From contig NC_045697.1 of NCBI RefSeq assembly GCF_009834535.1, positions 57,662,001 to 57,726,000 of the forward strand: 64,000 bases of DNA, written 5' to 3'. This document shows positions 13,540-25,229 of this stretch, piece after piece. This stretch comes from Camelus ferus. Its lineage: Eukaryota. The position numbers were made by a program, and so were the translations under genes. The notes beneath the pieces are model-generated. The model was not told the origin of the DNA and made no database searches. It saw only the letters and a list, made by a program, of their open reading frames with translations. The first letter of the stretch is position 1, and each line of letters starts with the position of its first letter.

Positions 13540-14305
13540 CCATTGTCTTTGAGCCTATATTGTTTTGCAAAAATGTCACAGCCAATTCTACTGTTGCTCT
13601 TGTGAAACATAATCTTACTTTTTTTCCTCAGACTACTTTAAGACATTTGATTAATTTGTCTTTGGTTTTCAGTAGTTTTTCTATTATGAGCATATGGTAT
13701 ATACTGCTTTGGGATTTGCAAGTCTTCTTGAATATGTAGATTAATTTATTTTTCAATATGGAAAAATTCTCAGCCATTATTTAAATAATGCTTCTGTCTT
13801 ATTAATTCTTATCTTCTTCTGGGACTTAAAATGCACATATAAGCCTTTTTACCATAGATACACTTCACTGCCATGCTTTCTTTCTTTTTTATTTTTTATC
13901 ATTTCTTCTCTCCAAGTGTCATTCTGCATTTTCTTTCTGTTTGTCCTCAGTTCATACTTTTCAAGAGTTTAAAACTAATGCTAAACATAGTCATTGAGTA
14001 ATTTACCTTCATTTATTACATTCTTCACTCCTATAATTTTAATTTGTTCTTTATAATTATTTCTTGATTTCTATTAAAACTCTGATCAGCTTTTGTAATA
14101 AAATTATCAATCTCTTATTTTAATTGTTTCATCATAGTAAGGATAGTTATTTGAAAGCACATTCTTGATGAATCTAGTTTTGGGGGTCTACTATAGATTT
14201 TTGGTTTTATTTTTTCTATTTAATCTACTTGTTTTTGGTTATGGTGTCTCTTATGTCTAGCTAATTTTGATGTATTATTATGAATTAAAAATTGAGAACT
14301 ACACA
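13540..14305 (-). mobile_element. Old L1 (ORF1 region) fragment
   Basis: T-rich antisense L1 ORF1 motifs: ggaaaaattctcagccattat, cttctgggact. Confidence 0.65.
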
Positions 14306-14309
14306 ATTG

Positions 14310-15700
14310 GACTTCCAGTTTCAGCTCCAATATGTAAAGAACTTAGAACTTGCCACTCCCATCATTACAAAGATAAATGTTAACAAAATAAAAAATAACA
14401 ATTTTTCTTATACTTATTAGAGAACTGGAATTGCAGAGTAAATCACCATCATAAAATCTGGACAGACAGGCAAATGAAGAGAGTCATAGACGAGGCCTTA
14501 CCTAAAACAGAAACTCCCTCATTTGGAGCCATAAATGAGTAAGAATACTTAAATGGTAATCCTGACAAACTGCTGGAGGCTGATTTTGGATTAGATTGAG
14601 AGTGAGATACTGTTGGGAGCTTCAGTCTTAGAGGCACCTACACTTTCTTAGGTTTAACCTTCAGGAATTCCACAAAGTTCTCAACTGTTAATAGCTAGGA
14701 ATGATTCCCCAGGGGCTCTGGTAAAATATGGGAAAAACTATCCATACTGAAATAAGCCCAGAGAACTCTTCATAAAAAATTATCTAAGGTGAAATACTTT
14801 AACAGAGCCTTATTACATGTAAACTAAGGGCAGTTACCTGAGTCTAGTGTCCTCTATCTTTCCTTCATCACTGAAATGAAAAAAAATACATATGAGAGAT
14901 AAAACACTTGTGAAAATAATAGCCCAGAAGCCGAGAGACAAACCTAACTAAAACACTGAAATTTACTCATAAGATTATAGAACATTTCATTCCCACACAC
15001 CTTACCACCACAGCAACAGGGTACCACTGTAATAACAGTGGATTATGGCTGAAAGAGCAGAAAGACACAGACACTATTTGATAAGGAAGTCTTATGAAAG
15101 CCCAAAGTCAACAGAGCAGATAAAATCAAGCATACTAGAGGTTTTGAAACCTCTGGCACATTTAGCTATAATTATCAGTTAATATTGTCAAATTCCAGGA
15201 AGATTTACATAAAATAACACACTGAGACCTATTTACCTCAGTTTTTATTACCAGATACATTGTGTTTGGCTTCAACAAGAAATTAGACGATGTTAAAGGC
15301 AGAAAAAAACAATCTGAACAGACAAAGCAGGCATCAGACCTACACTCCAACATGACATGGTTTTTGGAACTGTCAAAATGGGAGTATATAGTAATTATGA
15401 ATAATGTATTAAGGGTTCTAAAGAAAAGTCAGATAGTGTATAAGAACAGATGGGTATTGTAAGGAGAGAAATGGAATCTCTGAAACAGAATCAGAACGAA
15501 ATACTTTATTCCAAAATATCTTTGATGGACTAACCAGAAGATTATGCACAACTAAGGAAAACATAAGTGAGTTTGAAGATAGGTCAACAAAAGTTGTAAA
15601 GTACAAATATTTGGAATAACCAAAGGAGGGGAAAAAAAAGAAAATGAAGCAAAAGAAATATTTGAAGTAAGAATTGCTGAAAATTTTCCAAAATTAAGTG
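14310..15700 (+). mobile_element. L1M (L1MC/MD-like) 5' end and start of ORF1
   Basis: gacttccagtttcagctccaatatgtaaaga start, then ORF1-like aaaacaatctgaacagacaaagcaggcatcagac ... gctgaaaattttccaaaatt. Confidence 0.75.
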
Positions 15701-16512
15701 AGTAATGTATATTAGTGTTTATTTCTCTCAAGAATCCTACACTTAGAAACTGACTTAGAAATGTCTTAACAGTAGTGCAATTCACATGGACTGTTCAAGG
15801 AAGAATTAAAATGAACTATTTTCTGTTTTCTACTCTTTTTGAAGTAGTGGTAATATTTCTCAATTATAACAGTTGATTAAACAAAAAATATTTTAATTCA
15901 AGCTACAGAAACATTGATATTGATATTTATGTAAATGCTAAGTGAAATATGGTGAATGGTGTGCAAGATGAAAGACACGATTTTCAAGAAAAAATTTCTC
16001 ACTAAATAGAGCTACAGATACATATGGCTGTTTTCAGGAATACAAAACTACAAGGAAACTATTATTGAATGTGTGTAACTTCTTGTGTATATTTGGGCAT
16101 AAGATTAGAAAAGGAAGATGTTTGTTACACAAAGGAATTCCTTTTCTCTGTTGTCATCTTTTAATATGTTATATTCATTTAAAATAAATAAGAATGATTA
16201 AACTTCCTAGAAGTATACTTTAGTAGAATTCTCTTGTAGATAATTGGTTTCATAACAGATGCGTAATTTGACCCTAAGGTAAAAATGCAAATTAATTAAC
16301 TTTTATTAAAAATAGTGATAGAAATATGCTCACTGCTGACACAACTTTTTTAACAAGCTAAATGCTCCAATGATATAAATGAAAACAAATCAAATCTTAT
16401 TGTGTAATTAAATGAAAATTAATCAAGTGAAGATGTAATTACTTCCATAGAAGTGGGGCTTGCTACAATGGGAAGACCTGCTGTGCTGCCTTCAGAAGTT
16501 GTATCTCTTTAC

Positions 16513-16767
16513 CTGATGTTTCAGCAGACTTTCAAATAGGCCTTCCCAATGGCGAGCTTTTCTAAATCCTCCTGACAGCCAAGATAGTATTTCAGATAGT
16601 CTGTGTTCCTCTTCTGCTTATCCAGGAACTCTCCTTTGAAGTCCAAAATATCAGTTTCACTATTCTTAGAAGCCAAGATCTTCTGTTCTTATAGCACCTT
16701 CCTTAACATGTTCTCCAGCTACAGAGCAGACTTCAGAACTTTGTATGAGAAAACAATCTCATTTTGT
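16513..16767 (-). pseudogene. Pseudo-exon, TBC N-lobe including the Arg-finger region
   Basis: Acceptor ttacAG, donor CAG|GTAAAG, 255 nt. Reads QNEIVFSYKVLKSAL*LENMLRKVL*EQKILASKNSETDILDFKGEFLDKQKRNTDYLKYYLGCQEDLEKLAIGKAYLK. Stops at 16721-16719 (TAG) and 16691-16689 (TAA) are each one C>T from Gln. Removing one A near the end gives AYLKSAETS-G, the usual AY-x7-GY spacing. Confidence 0.8.
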
Positions 16768-17759
16768 CTGTAATATTTTCAGAAATTTAAAATATAATTA
16801 TCTTTAGAGTAAGCTTTTGTAATTTCATAAATTATAAGTTTAAAGAATATACTTCAGTAAGAAAGACGATAATTTAATGTTTTACAACATCAATTCCAAT
16901 GCACTTGATTGGATATTTGATATGCCTTTAAATATATTATTTACTCCTTTTTTTAACAAAAGCTTTTAATAAAGCTTCTAAACTGAATATATTAAAGAAG
17001 TAAAACTTATATTGCATACACATTTTTACATCAGAATCTAATGATTTGAGGAGATGCTTTCACACCCAGTACTAAATTATTTTTCCTCCATGTTGGGCCT
17101 CATGGCACACAATTAGTTTTCTCCATGTGCTTTAAAAATTAACAACATACATTTCTCTCAGTAATTCTGTTAATCCCTAAAATGGAAGCATAGAATTAGG
17201 AGAGTTACATAAACATTTGTGCAGTTAGTAGACTTCTGACAAGTTATTAAGACCCTTATTTAGATTTTGCTTGTTGTAGCATTCCATGGATGCTAAAAAT
17301 ACATTCATTCTGGAATTTATTCAATTAGCTTATGACTTTATATTAATTTTCTAAAGAAAAATTATATTCACCTTTCTTAAAGGAAATGAAGGAAAGATGG
17401 AAGGAAGAAAGGAAAGTAGGAAATAAGGAAGAAAATTCCAATCCATATCTTGCCTTTTCCTTTGTCTAATTCCTCCTTGAAAATAACCAAAGTAGACACT
17501 ATGGGGTATAAATTATTTGGGACCATATAACTTTTGTACACTGCTTCCTGCTAGTGAAAATGTGGTACTCTAATAGTTATTTTTGGTTTTTGCAAGACAT
17601 ACTCATGTTTTCTCAGGAGTAATATTTTCTTTAGGAACTTGGGAAGCTCATAGTGTCTTTGCTTCCAGCCTGTTCCATGTACTGGTGATTATTCGCCATG
17701 TTATTTTCCATACATCATTTTTACATCTACCTTGTTACTTTTCATACTAGCTCTTCCTA

Positions 17760-18201
17760 TGTAAGGTAGCCCACAGTGAAATACAGTTCATGGTATATAT
17801 ACCATTGTGTAGTCCTTTCACATACACCCTGGTTCTGATCATGTGACACTCTTTGGACATAGAGGCATTAACAAGTGTATTTCAGAGAACTGGTAAGTGC
17901 TTATACATTGAGGCTTAATACCTTGGAATGTACTTCTTAGAATTCAAATGTGATAAGCTCAAGCTAGAGTACTCAATGATAAGAGGCCATATGGATTTAG
18001 ATCCTAAAAAGTAGAGGCCTTCTTGGATGTCCCAATTCCAGCCAGCTGTATGCAACTACATGAGTGACTTTTCCTACCCTTGAAGAAAAGAATGGCTCAT
18101 ATGATCCCAGGTATCCCACAGAATAATGAATAATAATAAATCATTGTTGTTTTAAGCTACTAAGTTTTGGGGTGGCTTGTAGCACAGGAAGAGAAATACC
18201 A
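17760..18201 (+). mobile_element. MLT1 solo LTR (older subfamily)
   Basis: Terminal aataataaatcattgttgttttaagctactaagttttggggtggcttgt. Confidence 0.75.
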
Positions 18202-18699
18202 AACCCCTATTCCTTTTTCTCATATTAAAGATCATTAACTTCAGTTCATCTAAAAAAAATATGATTAGAAAAAGGCTAGTAGGAGTCATCATTCTAATCT
18301 CCCACATTTGGGATCCTGGAGAACTGGACTTCTCAAACCTTTGAGTCTTCTAATCTCGAGATCTGTTCTTTCGTCTCTCTTTGTAATTTGCTGAAATTTA
18401 TTTATTTATTGTAATGCCTTCTGACTGCCATTATGCTAATAGCTGGTTATTTCAACCATTTCCCTAAAGCTACTGGCTTGGTAGGATTACCTTCCTAGTT
18501 CTTGTAAGTGATAATTATTCCACCTGTAATTTCTGCTTCCTCTTTCCTGGCTTTAAATTACTAAGCCAGTGGATCATATTTTGTATTATTGATGGGCAGT
18601 CTCCATTCCAACAAGTTGATCTGCTCTAACTGGAGACCCGAAATAGAATAATTCAGTAAGATGGAATTTTATTGTAGACTACAGAATGTTTCTTTTCCA

Positions 18700-19377
18700 T
18701 GTTAAGATTCAGAAAGCTAAGATTCCTTTCTTTTTTTGTTTTTGATGGTTTGTTTTTGGTTTTTGTTTGTTTGTTTGTTTTATGGTCAGCTCATAGAACA
18801 ACATCATTATCTGCATTGTTGAAGCTAGGTCACAATGCACAACTATACTGTGGCTTAAGAGAAGAAGGAAGAGGCCATGCAGAAAGAGTGGTTTATTCCT
18901 AGGGATCTGTCCCTGGAAGTTATACAAATCACTTTTATTTACCTCCCATGGGAGATAACATGGCCATTTGGCTTTGACAAAAACTCTGTCCTCTGCCAAA
19001 TTTGATTAGGCTGTGTCTTGTCTTCTGCCTAACCCAGTCTTAATAAGAATCTTGCTAAGTCAGTTTAATGGGAATTCTCCCACTCTTGATATCTGCTACC
19101 TTTGATATCTGATTAAATTCTTCATCCCCAACCTTTGCTAAGTGCTTGGCCTGTCTTTATGGGTCAGATTAGCAACAATCCCCCTACCTTTGATGTCTCC
19201 GCTTAGTAATTTTCTATCCATTGACCCCCCTCATCCTGCTTCTTGGTTATAAATCCCCATTGTCCTCATATTCAGAATTGAACCCAGTTTCTCTCCCCTA
19301 TTGTATACTATTGCAGTGGACTTGAATAATGTCTTCCTTACCATTTTAACAAGTGTCAGAATAAGTTTTCTTTAGCA
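18700..19377 (+). mobile_element. ERV1 solo LTR, MER31-like
   Basis: TG...CA ends. Contains cttgatatctg..gatatctgattaaattcttcatccccaa and the terminal cttccttaccattttaacaagtgtcagaataa. Confidence 0.7.
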
Positions 19378-20634
19378 GCTTTATATAACTAAAAGATTCC
19401 ATATAGTGTCACAGAACAACCATGGGACTAGTACTACTAGTAATATGAGTGAAGGGGAGAAATTATTTTGGTGGAGAGATGGCTGTCTCACTTACATAAC
19501 TAAAGGATGCAACAAAAATTCATACTGGTTCAATTCTCACAAGATCAGCATAAACATTAAAATGTAATAGAAATAATTCCAGCCTACTACAAGTATTTAC
19601 TTCTCATTTCAGATAAATTATAAACAAATCACTTCATTTATAGTTGTTTATTAGAATTCCCTTGAGTAAATTTATGAGTTTTACTTATATAAAATAAGTA
19701 TTGTATAAAACCTATACTAAGTTTGAATAACAGGTAAAATGTAAAAGAGACATAGAGAAAATAGTTATATAGTTGAGATGTGTTAATATTTCATTTAAGT
19801 TTCTCATCAATAGAAATATGTTTTGCAGTACAAATAACTACATAATTAAGTTGGTCACAGCTCTATTGATCTTCAACAATTTCCTTTCCATTAGGTTCTC
19901 TCTCTTTAGAGAGCTAATGAATTTTAATTCACAGTTGTGATTCATATATGGAAGTAAAGAGATCAGTATTTAAAAACAGGTGAATATTTTTAAAAGTAAC
20001 TGTAAATGATAAATTCAAACAAGAACTTTAATATGAAGAAACTTGCATATTGCTGTTAAAGCAATATTTGAGTCTTAATTCATACTCAAGTATTTTATCT
20101 TTAGTAACTTCAAAACAAAGAGAAAGTGATTTAAACAGATGTGATCTTAGTAGGATTCTACTCTTTAAAGAACATTATGTAGAGCTACCACAGGCCTAAA
20201 ACTCAAGGAGAAGAATAAAAAGTGAGTTTTATGAACTCCCCAAGGATGCTCAAAGCTGATTTATCATGTGGCCTGCCTGAGAACCTGAAACAGGATGGTT
20301 AAAATAAAATTTTTATGCTAGTGAAAAAACACTGGAAATCAAACAATATAGTATTCATTTCACTGAAAAGAAAAGATTCTTTCTCTGAATCAAGTTCTCA
20401 ACAAAATAGGGGAAACTATGTACATTTTATAAAATAAATATGAAAACTTTTACTTATATATTCTGTGGCTATCATGCCTTTGTGTTACATTCTTTAAATA
20501 ACATATTTTCTTCTCTTTTGTCTTTTTTTTTTTTTTTTAATTTGCAGTTGGCCTGAGTCACTGTCTTGGTACAAACTGCCTACCTAACATTATCATAAGG
20601 ATAATACAATCACTGAAAATATAGTACATTTTGC

Positions 20635-20900
20635 ATTGGTAGAGCACAGGCCCTGAAGTCAGATTGCTAGTTCACATTCCAACTTGTCATCTGTTAGGTG
20701 TGTGTCCTTGAGGCAGGTTACTTAATTTCTCTTTCCTCAATTTTATCTATAAATGGGGATAGTAATAGCATTTACATGATAGATTTGTGCCATAAAAAAC
20801 TTATTTGACATTATTGTGTCTATTTTATTATCTCTCTACCTATCTATCTAATCTTTGTAGAATAGTGTCTGGTATGTAGTAGTACATGTTAGCTATTTTT
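20635..20900 (+). mobile_element. MIR SINE
   Basis: agagcacaggccctgaagtcaga..tgtgtgtccttgaggcaggttacttaatttctct..tataaatggggatagtaatag. Confidence 0.8.
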
Positions 20901-21400
20901 ATTTATTCAGTGTATATATTCTGAAAGCCTATTCTTTGTCCAGGCACTGGGATGGGGCTTTGGGTCTATTGAAGAAGCTTAATGCGAAACAAGGAATTGC
21001 AAGGATTAAATTGTGGCATGCCATGTCACTGCAGCGGAGGCATGCAGAGTGGGGAACATGAGTAAGTTCTGAGTAAGTCCAGAGAAGGCCTCCTTAATAA
21101 AAAAGGCTTTTCAGTATTGATGATAGAGTTGGCCAGGTGAAGTGGAAAAGAAAATAACTCACTTGGAAATGAAACAGAAGTAAATAGACACCATGTTTTA
21201 GAAAGAACAAAAAATGTGCCCCTTAGAGCTGAAACAAAAAGTAGGAGTATATGAGCTCAGAAAGAGGCTGGTGAGAGGCATACCAGCCTGTATTGCCACG
21301 TAAGGAGTTGATGTGCGTGTGCACTTCCCAGTGCACTGTTCTGTAGGAGGATGACAGTATTCAGATTTGCATTTTTTGGAATCACTGGGGAGTATTGTTT
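20900..21400 (-). mobile_element. L2 fragment
   Basis: atttattcag..cctattctttgtccaggcactgg (antisense L2 3' end), followed by purine-rich L2 body. Confidence 0.55.
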
Positions 21401-22049
21401 AGCGGGAAAGTTTTTAAATTTTTACCCTAACTTTGTAACAAATTTGTGATGTGACCTAGAATAAACCATTAACTTCTCTAAAAGTTTTCTTGTCATTAAA
21501 ATGAAAAAGTGAGGAATACTCTGAGCTACTTTAAAGTTAACCTTAGAGAAAGGGTTCAGTTTCCATTCATGGACTCTAAATGTCAACCTAGGAATCTATA
21601 TGGATAGATTCCACAAATGGCCTTCATGGACTTCTTCTCATATGGTGTCTGAAACTCTCTTTGTGCATCTGCTCAGTGTTTGGGCTTTAATCCTCTTATT
21701 CCTCTACTTATTCATGGTCCCTGCTGCCAAATAATCGTAATTAGCATAGATCACACCATGACCTCCCCAATTCCTTTTTAATTCATGGTGGCACGCGGAT
21801 GTTGTAACACAAATTGCCTTTTTCTTTAGAATCTCCAAATTCAAATTCCTGAGAGAATACTCTGTTGGTACTTTTGGAAGGCGTATGGATTATGTGCCAC
21901 CTTTCACAAGGTTCTGTGCAACGACTTCACTCAGCTGTGACTGGAAGTGGAACTAGAGAATGGGTGGGAGATCATGTGGGATGAAACAGAATTATGAACA
22001 GAACAGAGAGTTTCACTGAGAATGAGGGATTATAGATGCACAAGTCAGT

Positions 22050-22232
22050 CCTTCAGCAAAAGACATTTTTAGACATAATGCTATTTCACCCTTAATAGAC
22101 TGCAGTGTAGTGTAAACATAACTTTTTGTGTGTACTGGGAAACCAAAAATTTCATGTTACTCACTTTACTGATATATCTGCTTCATTGTGATATTGTGGA
22201 AGCAAATTCACAATATCTGTGAGGTATGCCTT
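22050..22232 (+). mobile_element. Tigger1 3' terminal fragment
   Basis: tttttagacataatgctatt..atagactgcagtgtagtgtaaacataactttt..actgggaaaccaaaaattt..caatatctgtgaggtatgcct. Confidence 0.85.
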
Positions 22233-22709
22233 TCTCTTATAATGCATATAAATAGAGGTGAATAATTATCTAGTTCTTCAACATGTTTGAATAATAGAGT
22301 TCAGGAGGTCATCTAAAGTTTTCTAACTCAAAGCTAATAATTTAGTGCCCTGTTAATTTTGAAGCTAAAGTCACTGCTCCAGTTCAACTAATTAGGCCCT
22401 CTGAAAATTTTGTCTCTAAGCAAACAGCAGTATTTTCCTCCACCATATCCTGCAAACTAAATACTTTTCCTTGTAATAAATTTTTAAAGTAACATGTCTT
22501 CAGGCAATATTGTTAAGATTCAAAACAAAGTTTGTTAAGCAAAGATGGAAAATAATTCAGTAAAACAATGCTAAAAACAATACTCTCAATTCCATAAAAA
22601 ATAATATGAAATGGATTTACATTGTCATATTTGGGGAAGTTAGCTTTACATTTAATTACAGTATAGGTTATTATTACCTAAACATACAACTTTTTTATCT
22701 CAAACTTAC

Positions 22710-22779
22710 CTTTTAATGGAGTACCAGTGTCTCCAGCTATTCTTCTGAGAAGAACGTGGTAGTTCATATACGAAACCAT
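22710..22779 (-). pseudogene. Pseudo-exon, TBC motif A (LRxxxW)
   Basis: Strong donor AAG|GTAAGT. A polypyrimidine tract ends in cctAA instead of cctAG. Reads MVSYMNYHVLLRRIA, then WRHWYSIK(R) after a 1-nt shift; compare TBC1D15 MIFRGGLSHALRKQAWKF. Ends in phase 2, matching the next exon. Confidence 0.7.
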
Positions 22780-23518
22780 TTAGGAAAAAAAACTGTACTC
22801 ATTTCTATTGATGTATTTTCACTGGATTTATCCATTTTATTGGATGATTATGATTACTCTAATAGATATTTTAAAGGTGGTGGATAATACTTAAAAACTT
22901 GGTGACCAAAGAACAAAACTGTAGAAAACATACTCTAAAACAAGATAAATAAAAAATAAATTAATTTACACTAAGAATGATTTTGGAATTTAGCATACTT
23001 TACCTACTAAATTCTAACTATTATTAAATTTACCATATTTTATAATTTTAAAATATTCTAATCACCAATATGATGTCAGTAGCTATTTTTTGTTTTGTTT
23101 TGTTTTTGTTTATATATGAATTTCTTATATTTTCAAAAAGGTCACTTGACTTATTACTAAGTATGTTTTCTTGAAAAATCCAGGGTAGTCATCCTTCCTT
23201 CTACAGCTGGCAATTGTGCATTTTTGTATAAAAAAAAACAGTCCTATCTCCCATGTATACTAGCATTCCCTCCCAATACATTTCAACATTTCAAACAATA
23301 AAGCAATAATGTCTAAAATTATGTTACAATTAGCAAATACATTCAATATGGTACCAAAATTGCAAAATATAATTCATATTTTATGTCTCCCATGATAGTA
23401 TGAAAACAATTCAATGAACTATAAGATAACTCTGGGGAAATGAAGTAATTGAAAGAGCAAATGTAAGTTTGGTGAAATAAGCTGTACTTTTTATCCACCC
23501 TTTTTAGTAAAGGAATTA

Positions 23519-23747
23519 TAGTTGCCATTTGAACAACACGAGTTCGAATTACATAGGTCCACTTATAAGCAAACTTTTTAAATACATATGCATTATAGTA
23601 CTACACTATCTGAAGTGAATTGAATCTGTTGATGCAGAACTACAAATGAGGATGGAGGATCAACTGTAGAATTATACTAGGGTTTTCAACTGCACTGCAC
23701 AGAGGGTTGGCACCCTAACCCCTGTGTTGTTTAAGGGTCATTGTGTA
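23519..23747 (+). mobile_element. Tigger2-family MITE
   Basis: Degenerate terminal inverted repeats: agttgccatttgaacaacacg ... tgtgttgtttaagggtcattg. Confidence 0.75.
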
Positions 23748-23827
23748 TTTAGATGACAAATGCAGAAGGTGGAGATTTTTTCTTTAGTCAGGAGAACTAC
23801 CTCAGGAAAGAGAATGCTGTGTTATTA

Positions 23828-24233
23828 AGTACTGGCTAATTTTAAGAGTCAACTTGTCTGGGCTACAGTGCCCAGATATTTGGTCAGATGTTATTCAGGA
23901 TATTTCTGTGAGAGTGCTTTTCAGATGAGATTAGCATTTTAGTGGGTCAACACTGAGTAAAGCAGATGGCCCTCCATAATGTGGGTGGGCCTTATCCAGT
24001 TGATTGAAGGCCTTAATAGAACAAAGACTGACCCTTCCTGAACAAGAAGAAATTGTGCCTTCGGACTTGAACTGCAATGTGAGCTCTTGCCTGGGTCTCC
24101 AGCTTGCCTGCTAAACCTACAGATTATGAACTTGCCAGCCTCTATAATGTTATGAACCAATTACTTAAAAAAAATATGTATATACATATACTCATCCTAT
24201 CAGTTCTGTTTCTCTGGAGATCTAACTAGCATA
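23828..24233 (+). mobile_element. MLT2 (ERV-L) solo LTR, MLT2D-like
   Basis: gtcaacttgtctgggctacagtgcccagatatttggtca ... ttctgtttctctggaga. Confidence 0.85.
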
Positions 24234-24244
24234 ATAATACTTTA

Positions 24245-24490
24245 ATAATAATAGCAGCATTGATTACTTAATATGTGCCACATAATTTTCAAAGAGCTTT
24301 ACGTATATTATCTTAATTCTCATATGTGTTCAATGAAATAGGTACTGCTATTGCATCCATTTTTACCAATGAGGAAAACTGGTGTATGTATCAATTAAAC
24401 AACACGCCCATATTTCCACCAAATTATAGAGCTTGGATTCAAATACAGGCATTTTGGTTCCAGTGTATAAGTACCTAACCATTTTTCTAA
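24245..24490 (-). mobile_element. MIR SINE
   Basis: aggtactgctattgcatccatttttaccaatgaggaaaactg ... ggattcaaatacaggc. Confidence 0.75.
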
Positions 24491-24993
24491 TCTGTTGCCA
24501 TCAATATGCAATCTGACTTCAGATCCATAGGAAAATGTTTACAATACCTTCAATAACATTAGGGGGAGAAAAGAGAATTGATAAACTAAGTGTATTTCTG
24601 AACTTCTGCCTGGTTACTCCTCCACATATAACTGTGATTTAAATTAAACTTTATAGTATAAATGGAAAGTAATAGTAATATTAATAGTGCTTATTTCTGG
24701 GCTAAATAATTTATATTTACTAATACAAAACTCAGAATTTTGCTATATAGATTTAAAAAAAATTATACCTTAAAATCATGAAAATATAAGAAACTATTTG
24801 GATAATTACCATTAGTGCTTAATAAAATAAAAATACACTGATTATGTAGGTTAAAAAAATAAAATCATAATAGGCTGGACTATTTGGATCTACATGGTAT
24901 ATGTAGGATTACATCTGTTGCAATCAATTCTAAATTTTTATTAAAATCTTTGTAAAAATATAACACAGAAAAATGTATAAACTCCTAATATAC

Positions 24994-25182
24994 CTGACAT
25001 TTTAAGATGGATAAAGACCATGATTCTGTGAGGAATTTTCACAAACTACAAAATTCAGAGATCAAGAATGAAGCAAAGTCTCTGAGTGGCTACTAGTGCT
25101 GTTTATTAAACAGATATGGCATAGCACAGTAGTAAGAAGAAGAATGAAAGATATTTTGATTAATAGTAAGAAATGACATTTA
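24994..25182 (-). pseudogene. Pseudo-exon, lead-in to the TBC domain
   Basis: Acceptor ttttgtttgcAG, donor CAG|GTatat, 189 nt, phase 0-0. Reads ...H**PLRDFASFLISEFCSL*KFLTESWSLSILKCQ, resembling the 'PLSxxEFxxFLxxEG' segment before the TBC1D15/25 domain. The true acceptor may be the internal aaacAG. Confidence 0.5.
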
Positions 25183-25229
25183 CTGCAAACAAAATGGAGA
25201 AGCCATGTTTCTCCAAAAAAGAGTTCTGT

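Larger units (their letters stand above)
6270..25182 (-). pseudogene. Unprocessed multi-exon pseudogene encoding a degenerate Rab-GAP TBC domain (TBC1D15/16/17/25, Gyp7-like class)
   Basis: Five minus-strand segments bounded by AG/GT-type sites translate, in order, to TBC motifs: ..KCQ|MVSYMNYHVLLRRIA/WRH.., ..YKVLKS..DKQKRNTDYLKYYLGCQED..KAYLK/SAETS|GFCRGTSEILLAF/LSVMTG*SAACY.., |DFNSNCKFSFVFFEMFRKSLLQKMMDF. Several stops and frameshifts are present. Confidence 0.75.

Noticed and set aside
16513..16767. Superficial similarity of this exon to SLC9C1 or a generic coiled coil
   Set aside because: The neighbouring exons continue TBC motifs in the correct order and spacing, and no ion-exchanger or CNBD motifs were seen.
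24479..24548. Possible small exon YCKHFPMDLKSDCILMATD*KN
   Set aside because: Its donor falls in the end of a MIR, and the 24994 exon already joins the 22779 exon in the expected register.
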